Of a stretch of DNA of 64,000 bases, positions 39,746 to 51,213 are shown piece by piece. The position numbers and the translations under genes were made by a program. Each line of letters starts with the position of its first letter. Positions within the stretch are counted from its first letter, which is position 1. Source of the DNA: Sphaerodactylus townsendi (Eukaryota); assembly GCF_021028975.2 (NCBI RefSeq), contig NC_059428.1, forward strand, positions 41,602,001 through 41,666,000. Reading direction: 5' to 3'. The notes under the pieces are model-generated. The model was given only the letters and a program-made list of their open reading frames with translations, was not told where the DNA came from and did no database searches.

Positions 39746-39859
39746 CTGACAAAAAAGAGAAAACAATAAGTCTTCTGGGAAATAGATGTTTCTACATAGA
39801 AGTTTATTAACCTGATAGGTATTTTCACTACTAAGGATCACTACATGCTCACAAATAGA

Positions 39860-40718
39860 AATAATATAAAGACTTGTGTCTGGGAGTGGGGGTAGTCCCC
39901 ACCCCCTCCCTGGACTTGCGCCCCTGCCTGCGGCCGGCGGGCGCATCCCCCGCGATGCGGGGCGCCGTGATGGGAGGGGAGACCCGTTGCTGCGCCAGCG
40001 AGGGTCGCTGCACCAGCAAGGGACGGGAGCGACTCCCTGCCTCCTCGCCAAGCCACCACAGAACAAAGGCACAGATTGTGAAGGCCCCAGCCGGGCGGGG
40101 AGAGAGACGCTACCGAGGGTGGCCAGGCCGAGACTGAGGGCTTGGCAGGCCATGCTGAGGGCCTGGTATTGGGGCTGAGGTCTTGAGGAGAGAAGCGGGG
40201 AGGAAGCACGGAGGTGTGGGGGCGGGGTTTTCAACCTGGCAGTTTGAAGCAGAGGGGATAAAAGGGGGAAAACACGGGAAGCAAGGGGAGAGGGAGGACG
40301 AGAAGAAGGGAAGGAGGGAGTGTGTGCATGTGTGTGAGGGAGAAGAGAAGGATGTAGAGGGACAAGGAGGACGACGGTGGGGAAGTCCAAGGGGAGGAGA
40401 GGAGAGGGCAACAGGGAGGAAGGTCTTGGAGAGGAAGGGAGGCGGTGGTTGGTCAGAGGGGGCAGGAACTGAGAGGGAAGGAGAAGCCAGCAGTCCAGAG
40501 GCTGGCAGGGGGGCTACCCTACTCTCCCTCCCTAACTTTCTGCAAACCCTGGGCCAGCTGTGGGCAGCTGATGCAAGCTGTGGCTAAAGCGGCTGTCCCA
40601 CTTAGTCCACTCCCCGGAGAATGGGAGTGAGGCTGGAAGTTCCAGCATCCGGGCAAGGGAAGGTGGGTTGGCAACAGCGGTCCCAATGGGGACCCCGCCC
40701 CGGGCGCAGTACAACTGG
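39860..40718 (+). mobile_element. CpG-rich element, probable non-autonomous Helitron
   Basis: GC-rich subterminal sequence then CTGG|T (fits CTRR); AT-rich 5' end; GA-rich interior like 44991; canonical 5' TC not seen. Confidence 0.45.
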
Positions 40719-40949
40719 TTTCTTTCAGATTACCAGCATGTTTATGTTACTACAGCTGTTTTCACTGAAAGCATTATTTGTATATTGGTGGTAAAATAGA
40801 CAAATTTAAAATCACAACTAGGCAAGTAGACAAAGGTTTTGTATCTTCTTAGAGAGAACCAACATAGCCTTTAAATACAGGCTATGTTAACAAAATGTGT
40901 GAATTACAAAATAATAATAGTAATAAACCTGGGTATGAAATGTAATTAC

Positions 40950-41021
40950 CAGGTTTAGTTTCTGGAATTTTGTGTTGAGCAGGTTTAGTTGTAGAAGGAA
41001 CAAATTTTGTTTCTGGCAGAG
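40950..41021 (-). CDS. ABI3BP: ABI3BP exon, 72 nt: ALPETKFVPSTTKPAQHKIPETKP
   Basis: gtctttcag acceptor, G|GTAATT donor, TKP end. Confidence 0.9.
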
Positions 41022-42284
41022 CTGAAAGACACAGGCGGTATTATAGATTTTTGCTTCTTACAGTCTTTTTTTTTCTTCCTAGGAACAGAATCATATTAGC
41101 TAAAGTGGACATGTAACAAGAAATGCTGCAAAGTGTAAATCAATAGTAAAAATAAATCTTCAAACTATCAGACAACAAAAACATGTTCACCAACTTTTTG
41201 CCAAGAACTCCCCAAATGTTTTTAGAAAAGTTACTATTCTCAGACCAAGAACTTCTCCTTTCAATGTTATGATTCATCTAATGTACAGAGTTGCTGTAAA
41301 GATTACCAGTATTACAGATGGGACGTGCTGTCAACACTTGGAAGGCAAGGCAAGGGTACCCAATATGGAACTCATGTGTACTATTGTGCCCACCAACATC
41401 TTTCCTAATACCATCCAAGTGCTTTTAGAAAGTAGGTGGGTCAAGTTGAGCTTAGTTAGGAGGACTTCTGATTGGCTATTGGAGATCTGATTAGCATGGC
41501 AAATTAAAAAAAAACACAATCCTCTTTGGCAACAGTTGCTGCCGCAACAGAAAGATCTTCACTGTGTAATTGAAAAGCTGTTTTATGCCAGAATTTTTTA
41601 AAAAACAATGTATTGTTTATTTTAAAAGGCATTCTATGATGCACATCTTTTGTTTGAAATATTAAGGAGTTACTATTAGAGCCATGCATAATCTAACTTC
41701 CTGACATTTTGCGGGGTTTTTTTCCAGCTCCTGCGACAACCATTTTGTAGTTGTACCCACCACCTCCTTTTAGAATTCCAAAGGTACCTGCAGGCATAAA
41801 AAGGTTAAGGACCCCTGTTCAAAGTGGTATATATAGGTTTTGTTGTTATCATCATCATTAAACAGATATTGAATGTGTTGTTCCTATCATGTCAGAATTG
41901 AAGTGCAGTGAACAAAACTTATTGTAGCACTGAAAATATATCTTAATTGATTGCACCCAATGGCCATTTTTCTTTTTCTTTTGTTTTGAGGGGAATGTCT
42001 GTGAAGCTACGGCAACACGATCAGAGAAGCTGCAATATGTGCATATTTGTGTCACTGTAGCTTTGCATACATACCTTTCAAAAAGTGGTGGGATTCAAAT
42101 AATGTAACAACTGGTTGTTTACAAGCACCATTTTAACAACCGGTTCTGCCGAAATGATGAAGATTTCAAGAATTCACCAAACATCTTGAATACAAAGTGA
42201 AGGTTTTTTTCTTTTTGTCAAAATTAAATAGATCTTTAAGGGTGGGTCTTCTGCAAGCTATATTTTCCAGGAAATTTATGTTAC

Positions 42285-42359
42285 CTGGAGTAGTTTTTAA
42301 CCGTTCAGTAATCCGAGAAGTTTTAGGGATATTCTGCTCCAATGGTGGTGGTTTAGAAG
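42285..42359 (-). CDS. ABI3BP: ABI3BP exon, 75 nt: ASKPPPLEQNIPKTSRITERLKTTP
   Basis: tatttttctag acceptor, AG|GTAACA donor, open. Confidence 0.9.
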
Positions 42360-43042
42360 CTAGAAAAATAAAACAGTTCAAAACTGAATGGAAGAAGACA
42401 GCTATAACTAACTGCATGTCACCAATCTGAGACTGTAAAACAAACATCTGAAATATTTCTTAGTTATTCAAAAAACTTTTAAAGTAAAGAAACTGTGAAT
42501 AAAAAAGTCTTGAAACGCAAGGTAAGAAGGTCTATAATACCAAACTCATGCAGACAGGCCAATGTTCACTATTTTTCATGAACGAAGTTGAGATCAGCAC
42601 CCTATCCTTTTGACAAAAGATGACAAAAGGAAATAACACACACAAACATGTCCCATCACAACTATCGCATGTCCAAATAATGGTGTTCCTTTTTCATGAG
42701 AAATCAAGTTTCAGAAAACAATCTATTATAATTCTGAAAGTAAAACAGCGAGAAATGAATAGTGTTATTAAAAGCAGTATTCCACACATATTTCCTTCCT
42801 GTTCATAATCAATATCAATAGAATAAATATATAATTTCATATGTTTGCAATATAGATTAAATATTTGCATTTTATTATCAAACTCATGCTCAGTAATGAA
42901 ATAAGCTTAATTTTTGCTGCTTTTGAAAAACATAAACAGAGATGTTACTCAGGTTCATCATATCAACAATCATCATTTCACAGCAAGATATGATATAGAT
43001 TTGAAAATTCTATATGCAATAATAAATTGAATAGTTGGTTAC

Positions 43043-43117
43043 CAGGTTTCACAAGCAATCCTTCTGGAGTGGCAGAAGGTTTCCACTTAAAAGGAGTAAG
43101 TGGTGTTTCAGATGGCA
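43043..43117 (-). CDS. ABI3BP: ABI3BP exon, 75 nt: VPSETPLTPFKWKPSATPEGLLVKP
   Basis: ctcttttcag acceptor, G|GTAACC donor; PSETP motif. Confidence 0.92.
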
Positions 43118-43599
43118 CTGAAAAGAGCATCAAGGTTTTATTTACATCCTATTAAAATCAAAATTATTTTAAAACAAACAGTACATGCAACAATCATTCC
43201 ACGATGAAGAAAAAGTTCAAAAATGAACAGGAAATTTAACTGATGAAAATGTAGTGATCAGATCATTTTGTGTTAATGTGGAACAAATTTTAGAGCTCCA
43301 AAGACAGTAGTGATCTCCACAAATAAAGTTTTGTAACATGATGGATAAGAAAATGATGGGGAAATCCATGCAAGTCTTATTACTGAAAAAAAAGTAACTA
43401 TGAACCATATTCCTATATGGAAAAATAAGAATGTAAACACTTTTGGTAGTGCAAAAATGTAAGAAGTTAGGAGGTATGATAAAAGTCAGTACTGAAAGAT
43501 GGTAATTATATTCTGGAAGAAATGAATTCACACAGAATGGAAATGTTTCTGATGAAATATAAATGTAATATGACCATTCACAGTGAAAAACAACATTAC

Positions 43600-43674
43600 C
43601 CAGTGTTGCCCTTGGCCAGTCAAGCTTAGCTGTTTTAGGTGTTAGAGATTCCAGAATAGGTTCATTTGTGACTG
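43600..43674 (-). CDS. ABI3BP: ABI3BP exon, 75 nt (72 with the alternative CAG): AVTNEPILESLTPKTAKLDWPRATL
   Basis: ttcttccagCAG tandem acceptor, G|GTAATG donor; strong match to recalled human ...ILDSIPPKT...PRATL. Confidence 0.92.
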
Positions 43675-44619
43675 CTGGAAGAAATGTTGACAAGTATAAG
43701 AAAAAAAACCTACCCAGAAAAAATGTTTTTGCAAGAACAAAACTATTTTTCCTGTAAGAAAAAAAAACCCTAAACCATTCCCTGAGTCTTAACCATTGTT
43801 TTTAATTTTACCAGTTTAGTAGGTGCTATAGATGAGGTAATCTGTTTAAATCACAGTCCATTAAGGATTTCCTTCGTCAAAGCATGTTGATTTGAATAAA
43901 TGATGGGTGGTCGTGATTTAGTTCCTTCCTGCCTGCACTGTGATAATTTTGGATTAAATCTTGTTAACTGAATCACTGCCAAATATAGGAGTTTAGTTTT
44001 TCTAACTTTGCTAAAGTTAAGTCATTCAGTTAAGGTGGCACAGAACAAGAAAGAATGTAATATAGAACATTCTAGGCCTCACTCACATCTGGGATCACAT
44101 CCTGCCCGAGTTACTAGCTCCAGATTGGGAAAATTGTGGAGATTGGGGGTGGATCTTGAGGAGAGCAGGGCATGAAGAAGGGAGAGACCTCAGAGGGGCA
44201 TAATGCTATAGAGTTCTCCTGCTGCAGCAGCCATTTTCTCCCGGGGAACTTATCTCTACAGTCTGGAGATCAGTGGAGAGGCAGCTAAAGGGGAAAAAAC
44301 CCAGGCACTTGGAAGCCCTCCAAAGGGCTTAACTCAGTTATGCCATCCTTTGAGGTGGCACAAGTCTGAAGCCCTGGTTGCAGTGTTCCTGTCCCAAAAG
44401 CCTATGTGGAAGGCTATTAAAGTTGGCTCTTCCCCAAGAATGCCCCAGCCACCCCTCCTCCATACTGGCGTCTAACTGGACACCAGTGGTATGCCACAGC
44501 AGTGCCCACTTCCAGGTTTCGCTGCCACAGGGCTGTGAAACACTTGGCCATTGATGCCTTTGCCCAGTCTGCTGGCAGAGATGTTCTGACAGAAAGGGCA
44601 AACACATCAGTATAACCTA

Positions 44620-44980
44620 GGCCGTTTCTGCACGGCCACGGTGGGGGTTGGGTCGGCGTACATGATGCCGACCCAACCAGAAACTACCGAGAAGATGGCG
44701 CCGTGCTGCACCATCGCCCGATCGACGTACCTTCCCTGCGACCATGCGGCGTGTTGCCGAGGCCAGGGGACACGCCCCCCCACCCTGCGCGACCACTCCG
44801 TCGCGGGGCAGAGAACATGTCCTCGGCCTACGGCAATGCGCTGGGACGGTCTGGGAGGACCGAGCTAAGTTGAATAGAGGAAGGGGGGGAGGGATGGTGC
44901 TTATTCCAAGAAGCCCCGCTGCCGTTCGCACGGCAGTGGTTGGAAGCCGCTGTTTCCCAACAACCTCGCTCGGGGAGCTT
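44620..44980. mobile_element. Truncated Harbinger-like GC-rich MITE
   Basis: Left TIR GGCCGTTTCTGCACGGCC; right TIR absent; abuts a Helitron. Confidence 0.6.
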
Positions 44981-44990
44981 CATGTTGAAA

Positions 44991-45365
44991 TCTATATATA
45001 TAAAAAGCTAACCGTGTATGTGTTGGTGACAGGGTACCTCAGTAACTGCAGGGCCAATTCCTCTGAAAATTCCCAGCCACTATAGTCAGTCAGGCGAGAG
45101 TGTTTTCAGATGTTCACATACCTGAAATTTCATACCTAGACCAGGTAAAAACGCCTTTTTCCTGGCCCTCCCTGGTGAAGGACATGCCTGTGTATAACTG
45201 TCACTTTTAGAATGTTCGTGCTGCTTAGAATGTTCACTCAGACGGCCAGATATGAGCAGTGAAAACAGTACATAGGCAGTCACTGGAGTGGAAGTGAAAT
45301 ACATACACACACATACACATGAGGGAGAGGGAAGGAAGGGAGAAGAAGAAGAAGAAGAAGAAGAA

Positions 45366-45398
<33 letters not shown>

Positions 45399-46966
45399 TT
45401 TGGATTTATATCCCCCTTTCTCTCCTGCAGGAGATTCAAAGGGGCTTACAATCTCCTTGCCCTTCCCCCCTCACAACAAACACCCTGTGAGGTAGGTGGG
45501 GCTGAGAGAGCTCCGAGAAGCTGAGACTAGCCCAAGGTCCTTGGCCCAGCTGGCATTTTTGGGAGTGTACAGGCTAAACTGGAATTCCCAGATAAGCCTC
45601 CACACGAAAGCTCAGAGAAGCTGGGCAGAATGGAGAATCAAACCTGGTTCCTCAAGATTAGATACATTTTGACTTAACCTCCACTGCCACTGAGGAGGAG
45701 GGGTGGCATCAGAGATGGGATCCAACTGGATTTCTCACTGGAGTTTGAGGAAGTGGGTTTGGGACTAATTATTTGTGTGGTGTGCCGAGAGAGGGGTTAC
45801 TAATTGAGTGATTTTGCCACGTGATTTTGCCTTAGTTATGCCCCTCCTCTCAGAAGTAGCACATGAGAACTTGAAGCAGTGATCTAGCTTAGAGAGGTGC
45901 ACGGTGTGGCAGTGGCAGCCTGTGCCATGCCAAAATGCATTCGGGTTCCCACATCCTGGGGGGGACCCGGCACAGCGGCTCAGTGTCACTTGCCACAGCC
46001 CTGCCAGTAATGCCCCATACCCTGGGAATCAGCTGGTCATGCCCCCGTCGTGCCCCGCCCAGCCCCATTAGGCTCTCACATGCAGTTTGAATCCCATCAC
46101 CACTTAGGAATCTGTTTACACCTAAAATTTTTGGATCCCACCACCACTGGAGTGGCATGCAAGGGAAGAGAGGGAGGGAGAGGAAAGGGATGGAGGGGGG
46201 AGGCATGCAAGGGAAGCGGAGAGAGGGAGGGTGAGGGGTGGCATGCAAGGGAGGGGAGGCAGGGGGGCCCAACATCTTGATAAGACCCACCCACCTCTAG
46301 CGGAGGGAAAGGGAAGGGAGGAGAGGAGGGAGGGGTGGCATGCAAAGGGAAGAGAAGTGAGGGAGGGAAAGAGAGTGAGGGTGGCATGCAAAGGAGGGAG
46401 GCAGGGGCCTAGCATCTTGATGCCAGTCCACACCACCTAAGCTGGCTGGAGAGAGGAAAGGGAAGGGAGGGATGGGGAGGGTTGCATGCTAAAGGGAAAG
46501 AGAAGTGAGGAGGGAAGAGAGTGAAGGGGAGTGACATGCAAGGGGCATGGGAGGGAGGGGCTAGGCACCTAGATTCCCTGAATGCTGCAGTTACAGTTAA
46601 AAGAAAACTAGAGCCGCATTACTCAGGAGTAAAGCTCAGTTACAGCCACCATGACATACTTTGAATGGACCATCGCGTCAGCGCCCTCAGAGGAGGTTTT
46701 CCTCAGAAGCGACACCCATTACGCACCAGACCAAACTTACTCCCCAGGTAAAGGATCATGACCAGACAAGCCTAGATGTAGTGGGAGAAGTGCCTTTCCA
46801 TCCCATAAAAAAGGAATGTGGGCACACACATCACTGACATCACACAGTATCAGGCTGCGTGTTTGCATGAGCATGTACTGCTGGCCTCTGCAATTGATTT
46901 GCTGCTACTGTTCCTTTCCCATTTCACCACAATAAGCCACAGCAACGCGTGGCCGGGCCACGCTAG
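44991..46966 (+). mobile_element. Non-autonomous Helitron with a nested SINE and a GA-rich tandem repeat
   Basis: A|TCTATATA 5' end; 3' hairpin GCGTGGCC-G-GGCCACGC then CTAG|T; no TSD. Confidence 0.88.
45340..45695 (-). mobile_element. Squam3-like SINE nested in the Helitron
   Basis: Reverse-complement homolog of 38812, with a (GAA/GAG)n tail on the + strand. Confidence 0.85.
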
Positions 46967-48800
46967 TTAAGATTAAAAGAATGCTGAGGCATATGTGATT
47001 ATCGAGACCACAATTTTTATGACTTCTGACTCAATAGTGTATTTACTGATAACTAAACATGGTTTACATGTAGAAGATATACCTTATTATCTTTCATTCT
47101 TCTATTATAACTTTGGATAAATCATCTAGTAATTAATAATGAGATAAATTATGTTTTCCTTTTTCAAGCGCTTTATTTCCCCAGAGCTGATGTACAGATG
47201 CACATTGAAAGACTTTTAGCTTTTTACTGTATCAGTTCATTGTGGTCCATTTTTGGATGGACTGATGTGTTTTCTACCTCAAATACTGCAAGCCAAATTC
47301 AGTAGTTTTGCTAATTCTTAATTATTAAAAATAACATTGAAGCCACCTACATAGGTTGACATACTTTTACAAGTTCATAAGTCATCTCTGTATTACATTT
47401 CATGCAGATGCTTGTGCAGTTGGCTCAATGGATTTATTATACCCAGTGCTTTGTACAGAATACATCAGCATATATTGGACTATATAGCTGCTAAACAAAA
47501 CTAAACAAAAAGCTCTTGTATTTTAAAGCTAAAACAATCCAAGAAGGGTAATACCAGGAAGCAGAATTCTAATCCAATACATGAATATTTACCAATGCTA
47601 TACATACATCTACTTTGCTCAGAGAAAAACTAAAATCTTTGATTATCTAAGGAAACCTTGTAACTTAAGCAGAGTGTAACCACTGCTCACTAGGTAATAT
47701 TTTTTTCAAATATATTATTGTTTACAAGGCACATACAATTAACTATTGCTACTCATGCCATAGTACAGGAGGACCTAAACAAAGGAGGTTCCTATAGCGA
47801 ATGTGATCATAAATCCCTCTTCTTTCTCCTTGTCTTCTGTACTATGGTTTGCATAGCAATAATTATTATGGCTAGGTTAATCTGACAGTGATTTCCCAGG
47901 ATCAGGAGGATAGTACAGATATGATTAAGATGTGGGCTGATTTAATAGCATCAGTGACCTAGTACTAACAAACAACTAGTGGTAAAGGAAAACCTATTTT
48001 GTGTCATACAAGTGGGCTCATATGACTGAATGTTCATTTGGACAAGATCATCTCTCATTTTTTATGTAGGCATTATCCCCCATGCCTACATCAGCGGAAA
48101 TAGAATAAAATAAAAAATAGAAATAAAATAAAACCTATTGAATATGAATGAATAGGAGTGCCAACTCCAAGTTGGGAAATTCCTGGAAATGTGGGGGTGC
48201 TGCCTGAGGATGGCAGAGTTTGGGAAGGGGAGGGAGGTCAGCAGTGATGTAATTCCACAGAATCCACCTTCTAGTGTCATAGAGCCAAGTGGGATAGATG
48301 AAGTCCATTTATGCACTTGTGGTCTGCTTCACAGCAAATGTTTATTCCCTTCGGGAATAGCACATGCTTTAGCCTCTCTAGAACTCACCTGACTCTTGTC
48401 AGGATTTCCAAAACCTGGTAAAGCATGACTTTCACCCCAGTTTTGTAGGGCAAGTGAAAGGAATCAGTATATGTTATGCTTCCCTTGCTCTTCCCAGCTT
48501 TCCCTGCTCACTCAACAGCAGTTCCTCTGGCAGAGATAGAACAAGGAAGTGGGGGGCAGGCAAAAAGGCAGATCCATCCAGCTGGGGGGTGATTCACAGC
48601 TGAAGACATCCCTGCCAACAGCAAACCGTGTAAAACCTCTGTGAAGCACACAGCCGCATAGGAAGCAGTAAGTGCACAAAATCTCGAAGTTTGCACAGTC
48701 TTGTGCAAACTGAGCTTCTAGAATGAGAAGCAAACAAGCAAATAAATAAATAAATAAATGAGGGAAAAAATCTCACTATCTAAATCAGCTTGAATATTAC

Positions 48801-48908
48801 CTCTGTACTTGTACTTTACAATCAATATAGGCAGAAAAGGGGACATGGAAAGTTCACAATCGGAATAAGGAGGAGGATGGCTTGTAGGTAGGGCATTCCC
48901 CAGAGAGG
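48801..48908 (-). CDS. Candidate ABI3BP exon, 108 nt: ASLGNALPTSHPPPYSDCELSMSPFLPILIVKYKYR
   Basis: ttctttttaaag acceptor, AG|GTAATA donor, open, phase 1-1. Only candidate I found in a 14-kb gap, but the 3' half is unlike the repeats. Confidence 0.35.
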
Positions 48909-49626
48909 CTTTAAAAAGAAAAGAACAGATGGGAAGAAGCAATAGGAACTGCTCTGCAAGCGCTGAAACAAGAGGGCAATTTTACTTTCATCCTCCTCAC
49001 AGCCCAGCCCCCCTCCCACCCACATGGCTAATCAACTTTCCAGGGGTCACAAGGGACTTCTGGTGGGAAGAGAATGCAGGAAAAATCCATGACCTCCAGT
49101 ATCTTTGGCTGATGGATTGCTGGATACAACCCAATTGATGAGATACTTATCAAATTCTCACTTCCTTAAAATGATATGTGTTGGTGAAAGTCTTAATTTA
49201 AAACGTTTTTCAGTAATAATATATTTCAGTAATAATAATGTATGGATGTAACTTCATGTTTTTCATGTGTGTAATTTAAAATCACCAAGCTCAAGGTGAC
49301 TGTAAATAAATAAGTCCTTTTTATTATTAGGAGGGCAGGTTTTGAAGAAATTGCAATCACCTAAATTAAACTGGATGGAATGTTTAAATAAAAAATAAAT
49401 AGAACATTGTCCGCAGGGACCAGACAATGGAGATATAGAAAATCAGAACCATACTTAGCGCTGGAGCTGTACAATACATGTGTTCCACATGTGTCCTGGA
49501 ACAGATGAATAAATAGGAATTTGTTTGTGCTCCATAAAGAAAGGAAAAGGAACACATTTTGACAAGAGATTTCAAGATAAAAATATAATCCAATTCTGAA
49601 TTTTGTAGCTCAATAAGCAACTCTGA

Positions 49627-49937
49627 GGGCTTTCCACCACCTTCACTGCTGTCATCGCTCTCCGGGAAATGTAGCTAGCGCGGGGTCCAGCGGCGCTTTC
49701 CACTTGCAAGGGCGGCAACCACACAGCCGCCCTGACGCTGCCGCTCTTGCACCACCTCAGTGCGCGTCATTCCTGGCGCTGAAGAAATGGCACCTTTTTT
49801 AACACAGATGAGCCCGGCGCTTGAGAGCGCTCAAGGCCCGGCCGGAATTAAGTGGGGAACCCCGAGGCAGCACCAGGAATGAGTCTTGGCTGAGAAGTGC
49901 GCGAGAGCAGCGCGCAGCAGGTGAGTGGGGAAAGCCC
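49627..49937. mobile_element. GC-rich Harbinger-like MITE
   Basis: gggctttcc ... ggaaagccc termini. Confidence 0.6.
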
Positions 49938-50269
49938 CTACATTATCAAAATTTGATGAACCTCACTAACTTCAGGAGGAACTAGCTTTAGGTGTAAAAA
50001 CATTTGTTTCAAAATTTGCTTTTAGAAGCATCCTAGTATATTCTTCAGCAAGACATGCTCTGTGGCTGTATGGACATATACTGAGATTCTCTCCGTTTAC
50101 AGGGAAAAATGAGATATTTCTGCATGATGCAAGGTTATATCCATAAATCATCAGGGTTAGGCTTGGGGGCACTTCTCTTTGGTGGACAAATTGCCATTGA
50201 TTAGGCTTTCCTCCAAATTCCTGTAACAAACTGGAATGCAAGCAAAATCATACAACACTTTTTGCAAAA

Positions 50270-50420
50270 GGGCACTTTCACACCTGCAGAACAATGCACT
50301 TTCAATCCACTTTCAATGCACTTTGCAGCTGGATTTTACTGTGCAAAATAGCAAAAACCACTTGCAAACAGTTGTGAAAGTGGATTGAAAGTGCATTATT
50401 CTGCATGTGCAAAAGTGCCC
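50270..50420. mobile_element. Harbinger-like MITE (family of 2427, opposite orientation)
   Basis: gggcacttt...aaagtgccc TIRs; body homologous to 2427 and 3611. Confidence 0.8.
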
Positions 50421-51213
50421 AAAGTCTACTTTTTGATGTTGTATCATTACACAGCCAGAAAGTTCTTTCCTTCTTAAAATAGACATGATACCTTCCACTT
50501 TCCCAATAGCAGTCTGGTGTCACTGGCTGGCACTTGCCAAGCTAAGTTGCTCCTGTAGGATTCTGCTACATTGTTTGGCTCAGCCAACAGCAGCATGGGA
50601 GAAGGGAATTAGCAAGCCTATGCCAGTCACAGTCATCATCACTGGCCCACTCTGAGCAAAGTAGACTCAACATTGCTGCCAGTGATCTAGAGCTCAACTT
50701 GGCTTGCTAGTGGAAGCTTATTTGCACCAGATTCCATATAATCAATCTGGATTTTATGATGAATGTTGATCGACCCACTATATTTTTGTGTGAAAGGACA
50801 AAAGACCATACCTACAAAAGATTCACAAGAGCAGTGCTTGATATTCCTTTTTTAAATTAGATCCACAGTACAAGGGGCGGCAGTAACTAAGGTGATCATT
50901 TTTTCTGAAATGAGCCACTTTTCGCCTGAAGACTCATTCAAAGTAGTTCACAGTCAAGCCACAACAGTACAATCAATCAGCGACAACAAATAATCAACAA
51001 AACCTTTGAATAACTGAGTTTCAGGAAATGGCATGGGAGGAATCCGCTAAACCTCTGTGTCACTACTCTGATCAAATGCAGATTTAAAGTAAATATAAAA
51101 ACATCAGGGAATCACCTCTTAAATTACCTGTATTTTATGGTCTTTGACCCTTACAACAACATATCTGCATCTGACCCAAAACAAAATACAAGTATAAGCC
51201 CTTCTAACATTAT

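Noticed and set aside
39656-40587. 251-aa and overlapping ORFs
   Set aside because: By-product of a GC/GA-rich repeat; the real exon at 39671 is in a different frame.
4501-43050. Recurring ttaccaggttt motif as a CRISPR-like or recombination repeat
   Set aside because: Spacing is irregular and kb-scale; the motif is the KP-G|GTAA exon end of the ABI3BP array.
51128-51170. Good acceptor and donor pair
   Set aside because: 43 nt with an in-frame stop.
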